The notes under the pieces: model-generated
What the model saw: the letters and a program-made list of their open reading frames with translations, nothing else
Told to the model about the DNA's origin: nothing
Databases searched by the model: none
Shown: positions 35,890-48,837 of the stretch, in pieces
Layout of the letters: each line of letters opens with the position of its first letter
Position numbering within the stretch: position 1 is the first letter of the stretch
From: Mustelus asterias
Taxonomy: Eukaryota
Reading direction: 5' to 3'
Length of the DNA stretch: 64,000 nucleotides
Assembly (NCBI RefSeq): GCF_964213995.1
Contig: NW_027590179.1
Coordinates: 310,001 to 374,000 of the forward strand
Made by a program: the position numbers and the translations under genes

Positions 35890-36385
35890 TGTGACCCCGA
35901 GTCAGGAACAGTTTCAGAGTCAGCAACCATTACTGAGAACATGGCAGAGGGTCATGCTGCTGTGGATGTTCACCAGGAAATGGTTCCAGCTTTGCCAGTT
36001 GACTCTGCTGTGGGAGTGGAAGAGGAATGTTCATGTACAGACTCTCAAACTGCCTCTTCACCTCCCATTCCAGAAACACCATTACAAGATTTACCAGTGG
36101 TATTGTACAGGTCGCAATGCAAGCACAAAGCTCCTGACAGACTTCCGTATTGTTAAAGACATTACTTTGTTGTATTTCTGTCCTGATGGGGGATTGAAAT
36201 TTAAGGGGAGGAGAAGTGTTACAGAGTGTTCTTCTCAACCTCTCTCCCTTCTGAGCACGTGCGGACTTTGGGCGGGGTTTCAGTCTGCAAGTCCAGGCTG
36301 GTTCCAATGCTCCTGTTTCCTTTTGTTTGCCAATGATTTTTAAACTTTGTTATTTATTTATATAAAGAACATCCTGCTTTTAACA
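35890..36385 (+). mobile_element. Gypsy-like 3' end (pol tail, PPT, LTR start)
   Basis: LYRSQCKHKAPDRL resembles Gypsy pol ends; PPT AAGGGGAGGAGAAG then TGTTA at 36217; TAACA at 36385. Confidence 0.55.
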
Positions 36386-36654
36386 ATGCATTTGACGACC
36401 TTATCTGTGACTGAAGTTCCCACAATTGTAAAGCAGGAGATTAGTTAAATGGACAGCCTGAATTGAGAGACAATTAAAGAATAAATGATTCATTAATACA
36501 GTTGTTAGGCTGGAAATGTAAATTTGAACACAAAAGTTTATAACGTTTAGAATTATAAAGATATAAAGAATGTTTAAAATGCTGTGGGAATTATAAAATG
36601 TTCCCTTCTGAGGCCAACAGAATAGAAAAAAAACAGATAACAAGACTTGTTAGC

Positions 36655-36960
36655 GTGGTGCGGTGCCACAGTGGTTAGCACTGCTGCCTCACAGCGCCAG
36701 GGACCTGGGTTCAATTCCCGGCTTGGGTGACTATGCGGAGTCTGCACGTTCTCACCCGTGTCTGCGTGGGTTTCCTCTGGGTGCTCCAGTTTGTTCCCAC
36801 AGTCCAAAGGACGTGCTGGTTAGGTGGATTGACGATGGTAAATTCTCCCTCAGTGAACCCGAACAGATGCCGGAGTGTTGCGACTAGGGGGATTTTCCCA
36901 GTAACTTCATTGCAGTGTTAATGTCAGCCTACTTGTGACACTAATAAATAAACTTTAAAA
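36655..36960 (+). mobile_element. SINE, alternative tail
   Basis: Same structure as 1771-2050. Confidence 0.85.
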
Positions 36961-37282
36961 CATTGTTAACATTGACTGGAGGGAATGAATCAGCTCCTGT
37001 TCAAGATGTCTCAACATTGAATGACTGATGTTAACCAATTATTGGTCAACACTCAGGCTCCCCCAAGCTAAGAGATATCGGTTGAGAGAAAGAATTGTCT
37101 TAAAATTCAGACAATTTGTGCAACTAGCTAAAAACCAAACCAGTTTCATTATTGACAAGTTATAGACCAATTGGCTAATTCCCAACAATTGGCTGAGCTG
37201 GGCTTTCTACATTCTGAAAGTATAAAAAAGGGGATTCGAGAAACCAATTTGGCAGAAGTTTTTAAAAGTTCAAGGTTTTTTT

Positions 37283-37545
37283 AAGTTTATTTATTAGTGT
37301 CACACATTCACACTGCAATGAAGTTACTCTGAAAATCCCCTAGTCGCCACTCTGGCGCCTGTTCGGGTAAACTGAGGGAGAATTTAGCATGCTCAATGTA
37401 CCTAACCAGCAAGTCCTTCGGTCTGTGGGAGAAAACCCACACAGACAGGGGGAATATACAGACTCTGCACAGACAGTGACCGAAGGCAGAACTCAAACCC
37501 GGGTCTCTGGCGCTGTGAGGCAGCAGTGCGAACCACTGTGTCCTA
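37283..37545 (-). mobile_element. SINE, alternative tail
   Basis: Reverse complement of the same family. Confidence 0.8.
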
Positions 37546-37997
37546 CAGAGAGGTGTTGGGAGCTGTTGATTTTACAAGTTATCCGTGTTTTCAGTGCCAC
37601 CACTTCATGTCCTGGTCTGAGAGGGATGGAGAGAAGTTAAAGTTAAGCTTTCTCCTTTACTGTTGATCGATACTTTGCTTTTTTAAATCTTTCTGACTTG
37701 TTACATTTTTAATGGTGAATAAACTTTCTGAATTCACCATTTAAAGTGTTCTTTCTTGCCATATGGTTAAGTCACTGGAACCTGGGTGAGTTATGATTAG
37801 GGAGGTTGTTGTAAACAAGTGAACCCCATAAATCTTAGTTCAAACAAATCAAAATTCTTACATATGGAATGCAATCCTTTATTCTGAGAGAAATTGAACA
37901 TTGAAGTAAAGACGTTATGCTTCAGTTATACAGGGCGTTGCTGGAACTGCATCTTGAATAGGGGCTGCAGTTTTTGTCTCCCATTAAACAAAGGATT

Positions 37998-38315
37998 GTA
38001 GAATCCCTACAGTACAGACAGAGGCCGTTCTGTCCATCGAGTCTGTACCAAACACCATCCCATCCAGGCCCTATTCCCATAACCACATGCATTTACTCCA
38101 GCCAGTCCGCCTGACACTAAAGGTCAATTTAACACGGCCAAATCAACCTAACCCACACATCTTTGGACTGTGGGAGGAAACTGGAGCACCCGGAGGAAAC
38201 CCACGCAGACACGGGGAGAATGTGCAAACTCCACACAGACAGTGACCCAGGCTGGAATTGAACCTGGGGGGTCCCTGGCGTTGTGAGGCAGCAGTGCTAA
38301 CCACTGTGCTGCCCC
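37998..38315 (-). mobile_element. HE1-type SINE
   Basis: Head, central domain, CR1-like tail. Confidence 0.85.
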
Positions 38316-38725
38316 ATTTTATAAATACCATGGAAACAGTTCAGAGGAGATTTACTAGATTGATTCCCAATCCAGTAGTGTGAAATATTAACACTGTTTC
38401 TCTCTCCATAAATGTTGCCAGACCTAATGCATTTTTGCAGTCCTTTCTGTATTTATTTTAGACCTACCTGTAGTGGTAGGAAAAACACTATTTACTACCC
38501 AGGATAAAATAAATGTCCTTCATCAGCTTTTGTGGATCATTTCAGTGGAAATGTGCTCTCCCAGGCTCAAAGAGCATCAGCCCACTGGAAGCAAAGTCGT
38601 GAGACTGTCCAGTCCAGCAAAAAGAAATCCTTCGACCCTCCCACTTCACCAACTGTCAGAATGAACATGGTTCAGTCCTGGATGTGATTAACAGCAGCAA
38701 TAACAGCAGAATTCAACCCCTGTCA

Positions 38726-39568
38726 TCACTTGTGAACTCGTTGGTGTCTCCGCAGGCTGGATGACTGAGTGAATCCCTTCCCACACACACAGCAGGTGAA
38801 CGGTCTCTCCCCAGTGTGAACTCGCTGGTGCTCCTGCAGGTTGGATGACGTTCTAAATCTCTTTGTGCAGTGAGAGCAGCTGAACGGTCTCTCCTCAGTG
38901 TGAATGCGCTGGTGGATAACCAGATCCCGAGAACTTTTGAAACCACTGCCACAGTCAGAGCATTTAAAGGGTCTCTCCTGAGTGTGAGTGAGATTGTGAC
39001 TCAGCAGGCTGGATGAATGAGTGAATCCCTTCCCACACACAGAGCAGGTGAATGGTCTCTCCCTGGTGTGAATTCGCTGGTGCTCCCGCAGGTGGGATGA
39101 TGTACTAAATGTCTTTGTGCAGTGAGAGCAGCTGAACGGTCTCTCCCCAGTGTGAATGCGCTGGTGGATCATCAGTTCCCGAGAGCTTTTGAAACCATTT
39201 CCACAGTCAGAGCACTTAAAGGGTCTCTCATTGGTGTGAGTGACTTTGTGTTTTGACAGGTTGGATAACTGCATAAATCCTTTCCCACACACCAAGCAGA
39301 TGAATGGTCTCTCTCCAGTGTGAACGCGCTGGTGTCTCTGCAGATCAGGTAAATGAGCGAATCCGTTCCCACACTCAAAGCAGATGAACGCTCTTTCTCC
39401 AGTGTGAACCAGTCGATGTCGCTGCAGATGATATAACCGAGTGAATCCCTTCCCACACACAGAACAGGTGTGCGGCTTCTCTCCAGTGTGAATACGTCGA
39501 TGAATTTGCAGCTCAGAGGGGGTTTTGCAACCCTTCCCACAGTCCCCACATTTCCACAGTTTCTCCAT
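38726..39568 (-). CDS. KRAB-less C2H2 zinc-finger protein (copy D), 280 aa, 10 fingers
   Basis: [12 protein letters not shown] start, 10 x 28 aa, open frame; acceptor near 39942; exon 1 donor near 40355. Confidence 0.92.
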   Translation of the reverse strand: MEKLWKCGDCGKGCKTPSELQIHRRIHTGEKPHTCSVCGKGFTRLYHLQRHRLVHTGERAFICFECGNGFAHLPDLQRHQRVHTGERPFICLVCGKGFMQLSNLSKHKVTHTNERPFKCSDCGNGFKSSRELMIHQRIHTGERPFSCSHCTKTFSTSSHLREHQRIHTRERPFTCSVCGKGFTHSSSLLSHNLTHTQERPFKCSDCGSGFKSSRDLVIHQRIHTEERPFSCSHCTKRFRTSSNLQEHQRVHTGERPFTCCVCGKGFTQSSSLRRHQRVHK

Positions 39569-39722
39569 GGTGCAGGTGTCCTTGTGTTGCTCCAGGTTTG
39601 ACCATCAGTTGAAGTCTCACACAGAACAAGATTATAGTGCCCTGCTGTGATGGTGCAATATTGTTTCAGGCTGTGTAACTGGGAGGCTCTTTCCACAGTC
39701 ACTGCATGGGAAAATCTCAGTT

Positions 39723-39725
<3 letters not shown>

Positions 39726-39758
<33 letters not shown>
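39726..39758. repeat. (TG)n microsatellite
   Basis: About 16 TG units. Confidence 0.95.
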
Positions 39759-39759
<1 letters not shown>

Positions 39760-40365
39760 AGTCCTGTTCCAGTCACACTGATGTTTAAAGACTGCTAAAG
39801 CTGACAGAACAGAGAAACATTTTTCCTTCTGGATACAAAGACCCAAGATATTCAGCTCCCGATGAATTGAGTGACTCTGTCAGATGTTGATGTGATGTTT
39901 GGTTTGAGATTTCTGTCTGTAAAATCCTCAACTTCTGATGTCCTGTAAAAGGAGTTTACAAAGGTTATTACTGTCAGTACAGGATAGAAATTCAGAACAG
40001 ACAATTCTAGTTTCTATGGAACATTATTTCCTCTCTCATTCCCCAAGAGCTGCAAATCTCCATCCCACACACTCTCCCTCCATTCTCACTCTGCTGTATC
40101 TAATATTCACCCTCCCAATTCTCCTGTCGGTGCTGATTGATAGATCTATGCTCACTGCTTCCTGTCCTGGACACAGAGAGCTGGAAATCTCCATGCAGGC
40201 TGCCAGACAGATATATGTCTATCTGACTGGACTAACAATGTGTGGAACATACTGACTGGATTCACTTCCTTTCCCTTCAGTTGCTGCAACTCCCCAATTT
40301 CCCCCAGAATGAGAAAAGAAATGGAAAGGGGGAGAAAAGAAAGTATTTTACTCACAGATGTTGGC

Positions 40366-40750
40366 CTCTTTTAAGGTCAAACCAAATAAACAAACTCAAG
40401 TTAAATCAGGACAAAGTAAAAGGGGCAGCTCCCCAAAAGGAGGGGGAGCAGCCCGAACAAAAATCAAAGTACAAAGGAAACTTAAAAACATCAAATCATA
40501 ATGTGATTATTCGGGTCGATAACACACCCCAACCCCTGCAGTGCCGAACGGGGGTGGAAGGTGTCAACCGCGCCCATGGACATCGCATGTTCCCTCTCCA
40601 GGGACACCTGGCCGCGAACGTAGCCACGGTAGAGGGGCAGACAGTCAGGATGGACGGCCCCCTCGATCGTCTGCTGCCTGGACCTATAAATGGCGCGCTT
40701 CGCCAGGCCCAGGAGCAGGTTCACGAGGAGGTCACCATCCCGACCCGCCC
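40366..40750 (-). mobile_element. Tx1/L1-clade LINE 3' fragment in ZNF D exon 1
   Basis: DLLVNLLLGLAKRAIYRSR..VHPDCLPLYRGYVRGQVSLEREHA and 3' UTR. Confidence 0.8.
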
Positions 40751-40990
40751 CTCTCTGCGTGGGTTTCCTCCGAGTGCTCCGGTTTCCTCCCACAGTCCAA
40801 AGATGTGCGGGTTAGGTCGATTGGCTATGCTAAATAAATTGCCCCTTAGTATCTTGGGATGCGTAAATTAGAGGGATTAGCGGGTAAAATATGTAGGGAT
40901 ATGGGGGTAGGGCCTGGGTGGGATTGTGGTCGGTGCAGACTCGATGGGCCGAATGGCCTCTTTCTGTGCTGTAGGGTTTCTATGATTCTA
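40751..40990 (+). mobile_element. HE1-type SINE lacking head
   Basis: Central domain and CTATGATTCTA tail. Confidence 0.85.
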
Positions 40991-41400
40991 TTGTCCCTCT
41001 GAAGACAGAGGTTCTGAACCAGCCCCTGAAACCACGCCCATTGTGACCCGCCACCGACAGCGGCGCATGCGCTCTCCTTCCCCGCTGAAACAAGATGGCG
41101 GCCGATAACCGGGGCCTGTTCCCGGGATAAAAGCCTGGGAGCTGTAAAGCCGGGACCTGCAGGGTCTTATTCGGGCCGTGCGGCCTACAGCGGATGTTTG
41201 TGAAGCCATAGCTCCCTCCCTACCCCGACTCCCGGCTCCATTTCTCCCGCAGCCCCACTGACTCACCCTCTGAAAAAAGCCGCTCCCGCATTCATAGGGC
41301 TCCGGGCAAAGTGACACTGCGCACGCTCCAGATATAGCACTGCGCCTGCGCAATAGGCTCCTGTGGAATGAATAGGACACTTTCACACCCGCAGGGGCAC
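40991..41400 (-). promoter_or_regulatory. CpG-rich promoter/first exon, duplicated at 62120-62550
   Basis: GCGCATGCGC 41063-41072 (NRF1), AAGATGGCGGC 41092-41102 (YY1), TGCGCCTGCGCA, minus-strand GTGAGT donor near 41266. Confidence 0.65.
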
Positions 41401-41908
41401 CTGGGAATTAAAGGCGTCATTGTCAATCAAAGACAATAATAGAAAATTATCTTGTGCAATTAAGATCAATTAATTTTTAAAAATGCATTCCTCGGAATTT
41501 GTGCGCTGCCATTCTCTATTTCTAAAATTGATTTAAACCAGTGCTCTCCTGTGGGAATACCCCGAGTTTTTAAAACTTTTCCCACTGGATTCCTCTTCTC
41601 TCTCTGCTCTCCTGAAGGTGCTCATGCTGGTTGGGTAAGTCCCACAGAGACTGGTTTCTTTCACTTTCTTTCTCCTGATGCTGAATATTCTGTTTTATGG
41701 AACGATACATCACAGATGGAAACCACTTGGCACATCCTGCCCAGTCGGGCTGTCTTTAAGATCTGTCCAATTAATCCCACAGCCCTGCTGGCAGAGTGAG
41801 AACAACATCTATTTATACTGCAGCAATGCAGAAGGTGAATGGAAAATGTTTTCCAGTTGCATACCTTTCAGACACACACCCCTAGAAAGATAAATTGGCC
41901 TGGTGTAC

Positions 41909-42870
41909 TAAGAACAAAGAAAATTGCAGCACAGGAACAGGCCCTTCGGCACTCCAAGCCTGCACCGACCATACTGCCCGACTTAACTAAAACCCACTAC
42001 CCTTCCAGGGACCATATCCCTCTATTCTCATCTCATTCATGTACTTGTCAAGACGCCGCTTAAAAGTCAAGACCGTATCTGCTTCCACTACCTCCCCCGG
42101 CAATGAATACCAGGCACCCACCACTCTCTGTGTAAAACATCTGCCTCATACATCTCTTTTAAACTTTACCCCTCGCACCTTAAACCTATTCCCCCCAGTA
42201 ATTGACTCTTCCACCTTGGGAAAAAGTTTCTGACTATCCACTCTTTCCATGCCTCTCATATCTTGTCGACTTCTATCAGGTCTCCCCTCAACCTCCATCG
42301 CTCAAGTGAGAACAAACCAAGTTTCCCAACCTCTCCTCATAGCTAATGCCCCCCATACCAGGCAACATCCTGGTAAATCTTTTCTGGACCCTCTCCAAAG
42401 CCTCCACATCCTTCTGGTAGTGTGGCGACCAGAATTGAACACGATATTCCACGTGCGGCCTAACTAAGGTTCTATAAAGCTGCAACATGACTTGCCAATT
42501 TTTAAACTCAATGCCCCAGCCGATGAAGGTAAGCATGCCATATACCTTCTTGACGACCTTCTCCACCTGCATTGCCACTTTCAGTAATCTGTGCTCCTGT
42601 ACACCCAGGTCCCTTTGCCTATCAATATTGTTAAAGGTTCTGCCATTTACTGTATATTTCCTATCTGTATTAGACCTTCCAAACTGCATTACCTCACATT
42701 TGTCCGGGATTAAACTCCATCTCTCCACCCAAGTCTCCAACTGGTCTATATCCTGCTGTATCCTCTGATGGTCCTCATCGCTATCCGCAAATCCACCAAC
42801 CATTGTGTCGTCCGCAAACTTACCTATCAATCCAGTTACATTTTCCTCCAAATCATTTATATATATTATA
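41909..42870 (-). mobile_element. 5'-truncated CR1/HER1 LINE
   Basis: YINDL..FADD..LVRPHVEY motifs. Confidence 0.9.
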
Positions 42871-42874
42871 TATA

Positions 42875-43650
42875 TCCTGTGTGAATTCGCTGTTGTGTCC
42901 AAAGACTGGATGGCCCAGAAAAATCCTTCCCACACAAGGAGCAGGTGAACAATCTCTCCCCAGTGTGAACTCGCTGATGTGCACTGAGGTTGGATGAACA
43001 TGAGAACCCCTTTCCACAGGTGGAGCAGCTGAACGGCCTCTCCTCAGTGTGAATTTGCTGGTGTAACAGCAGGTGGGATGAGATAGTGAATCCTTTCCCA
43101 AACACAGAACAGATGGCCTCTCTCCAGTGTGACTGTGTCTATGGTTTTCCAGCAAGTACAGATAATTGAATCCTTTATCACAATCATCACATTTCCATGG
43201 TTTCTCCATTTTCCCAGCCCCAATGTGACCGTGTCGATGGGTTTCCAACCGGGATGGATAATTGAATCCTTTACCACAATCCTCACATTTCCACGGTTTG
43301 TCCATGGTGTTGGTGTCCTTCTGTCTCTCCAGGTTGGATGATTAGTTGAAGCCTCATCCACATACAGACCATGGTGTGATGTTTTTCAGGCTATGTAACT
43401 GGTTAAAGCTCTATCCGCAGTCAGTTCACTGGAGCACTCTCACTTGGGTGTATGTGTGTGTCTCAGTTCTTTTTCTGTCACATTGAATTTTGAAATTTTC
43501 TTCCACTGACAACACAGGGAACGATTTATCCCTCCACTGTCAAAAGCAATCATATTCAGGTCATGATGAATCGAATGGCTCTGTCAGACTTTGATGTGAA
43601 GTTTAGTTTGAGTTTCCTGTCTGTGACTCTTCCTCTTCTAGTTCCCTGCA
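42875..43650 (-). pseudogene. C2H2 zinc-finger pseudogene (copy F)
   Basis: MDKPWKC and MEKPWKC fingers, frameshift, truncated at the CR1 junction. Confidence 0.85.
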
Positions 43651-44269
43651 CAGTGTTTTAAAAAACTGCTTCAGAACAGACAATTTCAGTTTCCACGAAA
43701 CATTTCTCTGTCTCATTTATCTTGAGCTGTAATCCCCATCCCACACACTCTCTCTTGTCCCTGAGCTGAAATCAAACTCATTGCCCCAACTCCACTCTGA
43801 GCCCAGCTCCCTCTCCCTCCAGCTAGATTCAATCCTCCAGACCATGTGCAGATTGAGAGTACAATCAAGGAGTCAATTATTTTCCTTCCAAGTCAGGGGA
43901 CGTGCAGCCCCACTGACTCTGTTGTTACCACAATGGGCACACGTGCTCTGCTCACCAATGAAACACCACGATGACCATTAACATGGGCCTGTTCCTTGGA
44001 AAAGCTCCATTTTATTTGTGCCACAACAGCAGGGGAATGACCTCCTGCACAGGCACAAAGGTATCATCAGTCACAGAAAATAATTGCAGCTGGTGTCTCA
44101 AACCTCATTTTACCATTTGCTCTCAGACATTCTCAATTCAATTTTGAAATGCAAACTGAAATCTGGCAAAGTGGGGTAAATTAAACACATTTTAATGGTC
44201 ATTTTCAGAATGACTATTCCCAAGAATTAATTCCTAAGTCAGTAAATTAAAATTCTCATCAGCAATGTA

Positions 44270-44598
44270 GACAGCACAGTGGTTAGCACTGCTGCCTCAC
44301 AGCTCCAGGGACCTGGGTTCGATTCCCAACTTGGGTCACTGTCCGTGTGGAGTCTGCCCGTTCTCCCCATGTCTGCGTGGGTTGTCTCCAGATGCTCCGG
44401 TTTCCTCCCATCGTCCAAAGATATGCCAGTTAGGTGCATTGGCTATGCTAAATTGCCCCTTAGTGTCCTGGGATGAGTAGGTTCGAGGGATTCGCAGGTT
44501 ACATATGTGGGGTTTTGGGAAAAGGGCTTAGGTGGGATTGTTGTCGGTGCAGACTCGATGGGCCGAATACCTCCTTCAGCACTCTAGGGATTCTATGA
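44270..44598 (+). mobile_element. HE1-type SINE
   Basis: GGTTCGATTCC B box, GGGATTCTATGA tail. Confidence 0.88.
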
Positions 44599-45039
44599 AA
44601 TACTTTGGGAGAATTGCTATTTCAATGGGCATTTTCACAAATGCTATAAAATGATTTTTCAAATCAAATTAATATTTTAATGATTAATAAATAAAAAGTA
44701 TTTAATAAAACAACCACCCAGTGTGGGGTTCAGGATTCTAACTCAGGGTTTCTGAGCTCCAGGAACCACGAACTGAACCAGCCGGGAATTGTCTCCACAA
44801 AACTTTCCCAACTCCCTCCCAAGGAAAAAGCTGCAAACCCGGGAGCTGCAGCTTTTTACTGGGGGTGTTTGGGCCTCCAGCGAGTGTTTGTGAATCCTCC
44901 CCGCCCACCTCCCAGGGTTTCCTTCCTTCCCAGAGATCAGAGTCCTCATTGATTTGAGGCCAAAGTGTAACCTCTTATTTATTGTCCCCCTCCCCCATCC
45001 TCTGATGTGAACCATCCTCCAGTGGCTGAGCCAGGATGG

Positions 45040-45760
45040 GGCCGTTAACCTGGGCCTGTTCCCGGGAGGGAGAAGCCCCGCAGCTGCAAACCAGGGAGCT
45101 GACAATGATTCTGAAGGGTTTGCGGATCCACAAAGTGTTTCCAAATCCTCCCAGCCACCGCCGAACGCTGACTCCGCTTCTCCGGGACAAACAAGCGCCA
45201 AGGACAGCAATGACACTGCGCATGCTCCACATCACAATGCCCGGGGACTGATTGACGGCAGCTCCGGACCAATAGGAATAGGGGGCGGGGCTGGAGGACC
45301 GAGCGGGAGTGGCTGGTCCTCCAACCACTCTGAGTGGATGAAGGGCGGGTCTGGAGGACCGAGCGGGAGCGACTGGTCCTCCAACCAATCGGAGTGAATG
45401 ACGAGCGGGACCTGAAGCATGCGCAGTGCGGGTAATGGCGACGGACGGTTTTAACTCGGAAGCGAGATCAATACGAGGTAGAGGGCGGCGCGCGGGGAAT
45501 GATAAATGTGACGGGTGGGTGGAGAGACTTTGTAAACATGTTGTTCAAACCCAAACCCCGGAAGTGAACTTCCCGGTCCCTCCCTTTGTACCAAATGGAG
45601 CGGCAGCTTGTAGTGTTAGACCCGGGCTGACTGCCGCCATTGAGGCTGCATGTGGGAGGCCGGCAGGGATTGTGATCGGAGAGTGAAGCCCTGACGTCAC
45701 AATGGAATGGGTGAGGGTGTGACGTCACAATGGATAGGATGAGTGTGATGTCACAATGGA
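45040..45760. promoter_or_regulatory. CpG-rich promoter, likely of ZNF F
   Basis: NRF1-like GCATGCGCA, CCAAT boxes, GC boxes, CCGGAAGTG, GCCGCCATT (YY1), two TGACGTCA, 60-bp tandem duplication 45281-45400. Confidence 0.7.
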
Positions 45761-45822
45761 ATGGGTGAGGGTTCCAGATGAGCTGAGACTGGGCTGGAGT
45801 CGGGCGATGGCACTGACATGTG

Positions 45823-46117
45823 GCCCGGTGGCACAGTGGTTAGTGCAGCTGCCTAACAGCGCCAGGGACCCGGGTTCAATTCCAGCCTCGGGTCGCTGTC
45901 TGTGCAGAGTTTCTACATTCTCCCCGTGTCTGTGTGGGTTTCCTCCGGGTGTTCCGGTTTCCTTCCACAGTCCAAAGATGTGCTGGTTAGACGGATTGGC
46001 CATGATAAATTGCCACTTGGTATCAGGGGGCTTAACAGGTAAATATGTGGATTGGGCCTGGATGGGATTGTTGACGGTGCAGGCTCGATGGGCTGAATGG
46101 CCTCCTCCTACGCTGTA
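45823..46117 (+). mobile_element. HE1-type SINE
   Basis: Head and tail motifs. Confidence 0.85.
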
Positions 46118-46299
46118 CTTTATTATTCATTATTATTAATTAATTACTATTCTGATTTACAGCTGTTTCTGAGTTTTAACTGTATCCTCTATTGTGAACA
46201 CCGAGGCAAAATACTTGTTCCATTCATCTCCCAGCTCCTTATTTTTCATTATCAATTCCTGGACTCACTTTCTATTAGACAGTAAAGAAATGAGGTCGA

Positions 46300-47365
46300 G
46301 CAAGTGACTGAAGTGTCAGTCAGGGAGCACTATTGGAAGCACCAATAGTTTCAAAATAGTTCTGGAAAAAGATAGGACAGGTCCACAGGTCAAGGCTCTA
46401 AACTGGAGCAGGGCCACTTTTGTGGACATTAGGCAGGATCGAGCAGATGTTGATTAGGTGAGTTTGTTTGAAGGCAAAGGAATGACTGGCAAATAGGAGG
46501 TTTTAAAAGTGTGATATCAAGAGTCCAGGGGCAGTATATTCCTGTTAAGATGAAGGGAAAGAATGGTAAATTTAGGGATCTCTGGCAGACAAGGGACATT
46601 GAGGCTCTGGTCGGGTAAAAGAAGGAAGCATACATTGGGTTTAGGCAATCGGGGACAAGTGAATCACTCTGACTATAAAAAGTGTCAGAAAATACTGAAG
46701 AGGGAAATCAGGAGGACAAAAAGAGGATATGATATGGATCTGGCAGGGAAGATTAAAGAAAATTCCAAGAGGTTCTGTAGCTATATTAAGAGTAAAAGGG
46801 TGGCGAGAAAGAGAATAGATCCCCTTAAAAATCAGTATGGCCATCTGTGTGTGGAGCCACAGGAGATGGGTGAGATTTTTAATGAATACTTCTCCTCTGT
46901 GTTTACTGCGGAGAGCACCATGGGTCAGAACATTGAATACAGGAGTTGGGACGTCTTACTGAAGTTGTAAAAAGCATTGATAAGGCCATGCTTGGAATAC
47001 TGTGTACAGTTCTGGTCATCCTATTATAGAAAGGATATTATTAAACTAGAAAAAGTGCAGAAAAGATTTACTTAGGATGCTACCAGAACTTGATGGTTTG
47101 AGTTATAAGGAGAGGCTGGATAGACTGGGACTTTTTTTCCCTGGAGCGCAGGAGACTGAGGGGTGATCTTATAGAGGTCTATAAAAATAATGAGGGGCAT
47201 GGATCAGCTAGATAGTCAACATCTTTTCCAAAGGTAGGGGAGTCTAAAACTAGAGGGCATAGGTTTAAGGAGAGAGGGGAGAGATACAAAAGGGGTCAGA
47301 GGGGCAATTTTTTCACACAGAGGGTGGTGAGTCTCTGGAACAAGCTGCCAGAGGTAGTAGTAGAG
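46300..47365 (+). mobile_element. Internally deleted CR1 LINE
   Basis: KENSKRFCSYIK..NEYFSSVFT joined to C-terminal ORF2 sequence. Confidence 0.85.
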
Positions 47366-48200
47366 ATGGGGGGAGAGGGGAGGAGGGGGAGGGGATGTCG
47401 GAGGGGAGGGAGGGAAGGGGAGGGGGGAGGGGAGGGGAGGGGATGCCGGAGGGGAGGTGGGGAGGGGAGGAAACCGGGAGAGGGGGGTGGGGAGGGAAGG
47501 GGGTTGGGGATTGGAGGGGAGGTGGGGGAGGGGAGGTGGGGGAAGGGAGGTGGGGGAGGGGAGGGGGGAGGAGGAGCGGGGAGGAGGGGAGGGGGAGGGA
47601 GGGAGGAGGAGAGTAGGGTGACGGGAGGGAGGGAGGGGGCGCCGTGACCCCACCCTGACACAAAGTACATGTGGGGAATCACTGCATTGGATTGAGAGGT
47701 CCTCTTCGCAAAACAGTTTGCTCCCTTCAGGTGGAAAGATTTAGTCTCCAAACTCCTGGGACTTATTCCTGAAATGGACATATGCCCATCCCAACATGCC
47801 CTTTCCTCACCCCCCCTCTCCACCTTCCCACCTCCCTGTTCACCTCACCCCATATCACTTCCCCCCCTCTCCATCTTCCCACCTCCCTGTCCCCTTCACC
47901 CCCTCTCACTTCCCGATGTCCCCCTCACCCCGTCTCACTTCCCGATTTCCCCGTCCCTTCCCCGTCCATCCCTCCCACCATCTCCCTCCTGTCTTTACCC
48001 TGTCCCCCTTTCCCACGATCACCCCTTCCCCAGACCACCCCTCCCCCACCAGCCTTCCCCACTCCTCCCCCACCAGCCTTCCCCACTCCTCCCCCACCAG
48101 CCTTCCCCCCCTCCTCCCCATTCCATCCCCACCCTCCTCTCACCTTCCACCCCCACCTTCCCCATCCCTTTCCACCCATACACAGTCCTACCCCACTCCC
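47366..48200. repeat. G-rich then C-rich low-complexity tracts
   Basis: Polypurine 47366-47640; polypyrimidine 47800-48200 including 24-bp repeats. Confidence 0.9.
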
Positions 48201-48837
48201 CTTGGAGAGAACATTCTTCATTAACCGAGGCAAGATAGATAGAAACTAAAATTCCTATCTTGCCTATGTAGGTTTATTATTAAAACTTCACCCAAAGACT
48301 TGTCTGTCATCTGGAAACTGTTTGTTCCTCAAACAAGTAAACAACCTTGCTGATATTAGAACCTTGATGTGGAGCATTTGACTAACATGTGATTTTACGC
48401 TAATGCAGGAGTGTTACATCCATCACCCCTTTTACTCAATCTATTCATTCTCTCTTTGCTCATTGGCCGAGTCCAAGTTAGCCAACTTCCATTCCCTTTA
48501 CAATCTCCTTCTCACAACTCGTTTTTAGATATAATTGAAGCGGTATAATTGGATATAAAAGCAGTGATAACATATAATTGCTGTATAAATTGTATCGAAT
48601 TAAAAATTCTCAAGCTCTCCCTTCACCTGTATCCATCTTGTAATTTATTCTTATTTATTATTTCTCCCTCGCCTTCATTTGTCCCAATCCAAAATTCCAC
48701 TTAATTTGTTCTTCCAGTCAGTTTCTCTGGAGTCTGTGTCAGTGCCTTGATCATTTCAAAATGATTTCTTACTCTTCAGGCCATATTAACCATTTCATGT
48801 CACGCTGTTAGTCAAGCAGCTGAGAAAGTCCCATTTG

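Noticed and set aside
47216-48249. Pro-rich and Gly-rich ORFs
   Set aside because: Translations of low-complexity DNA.
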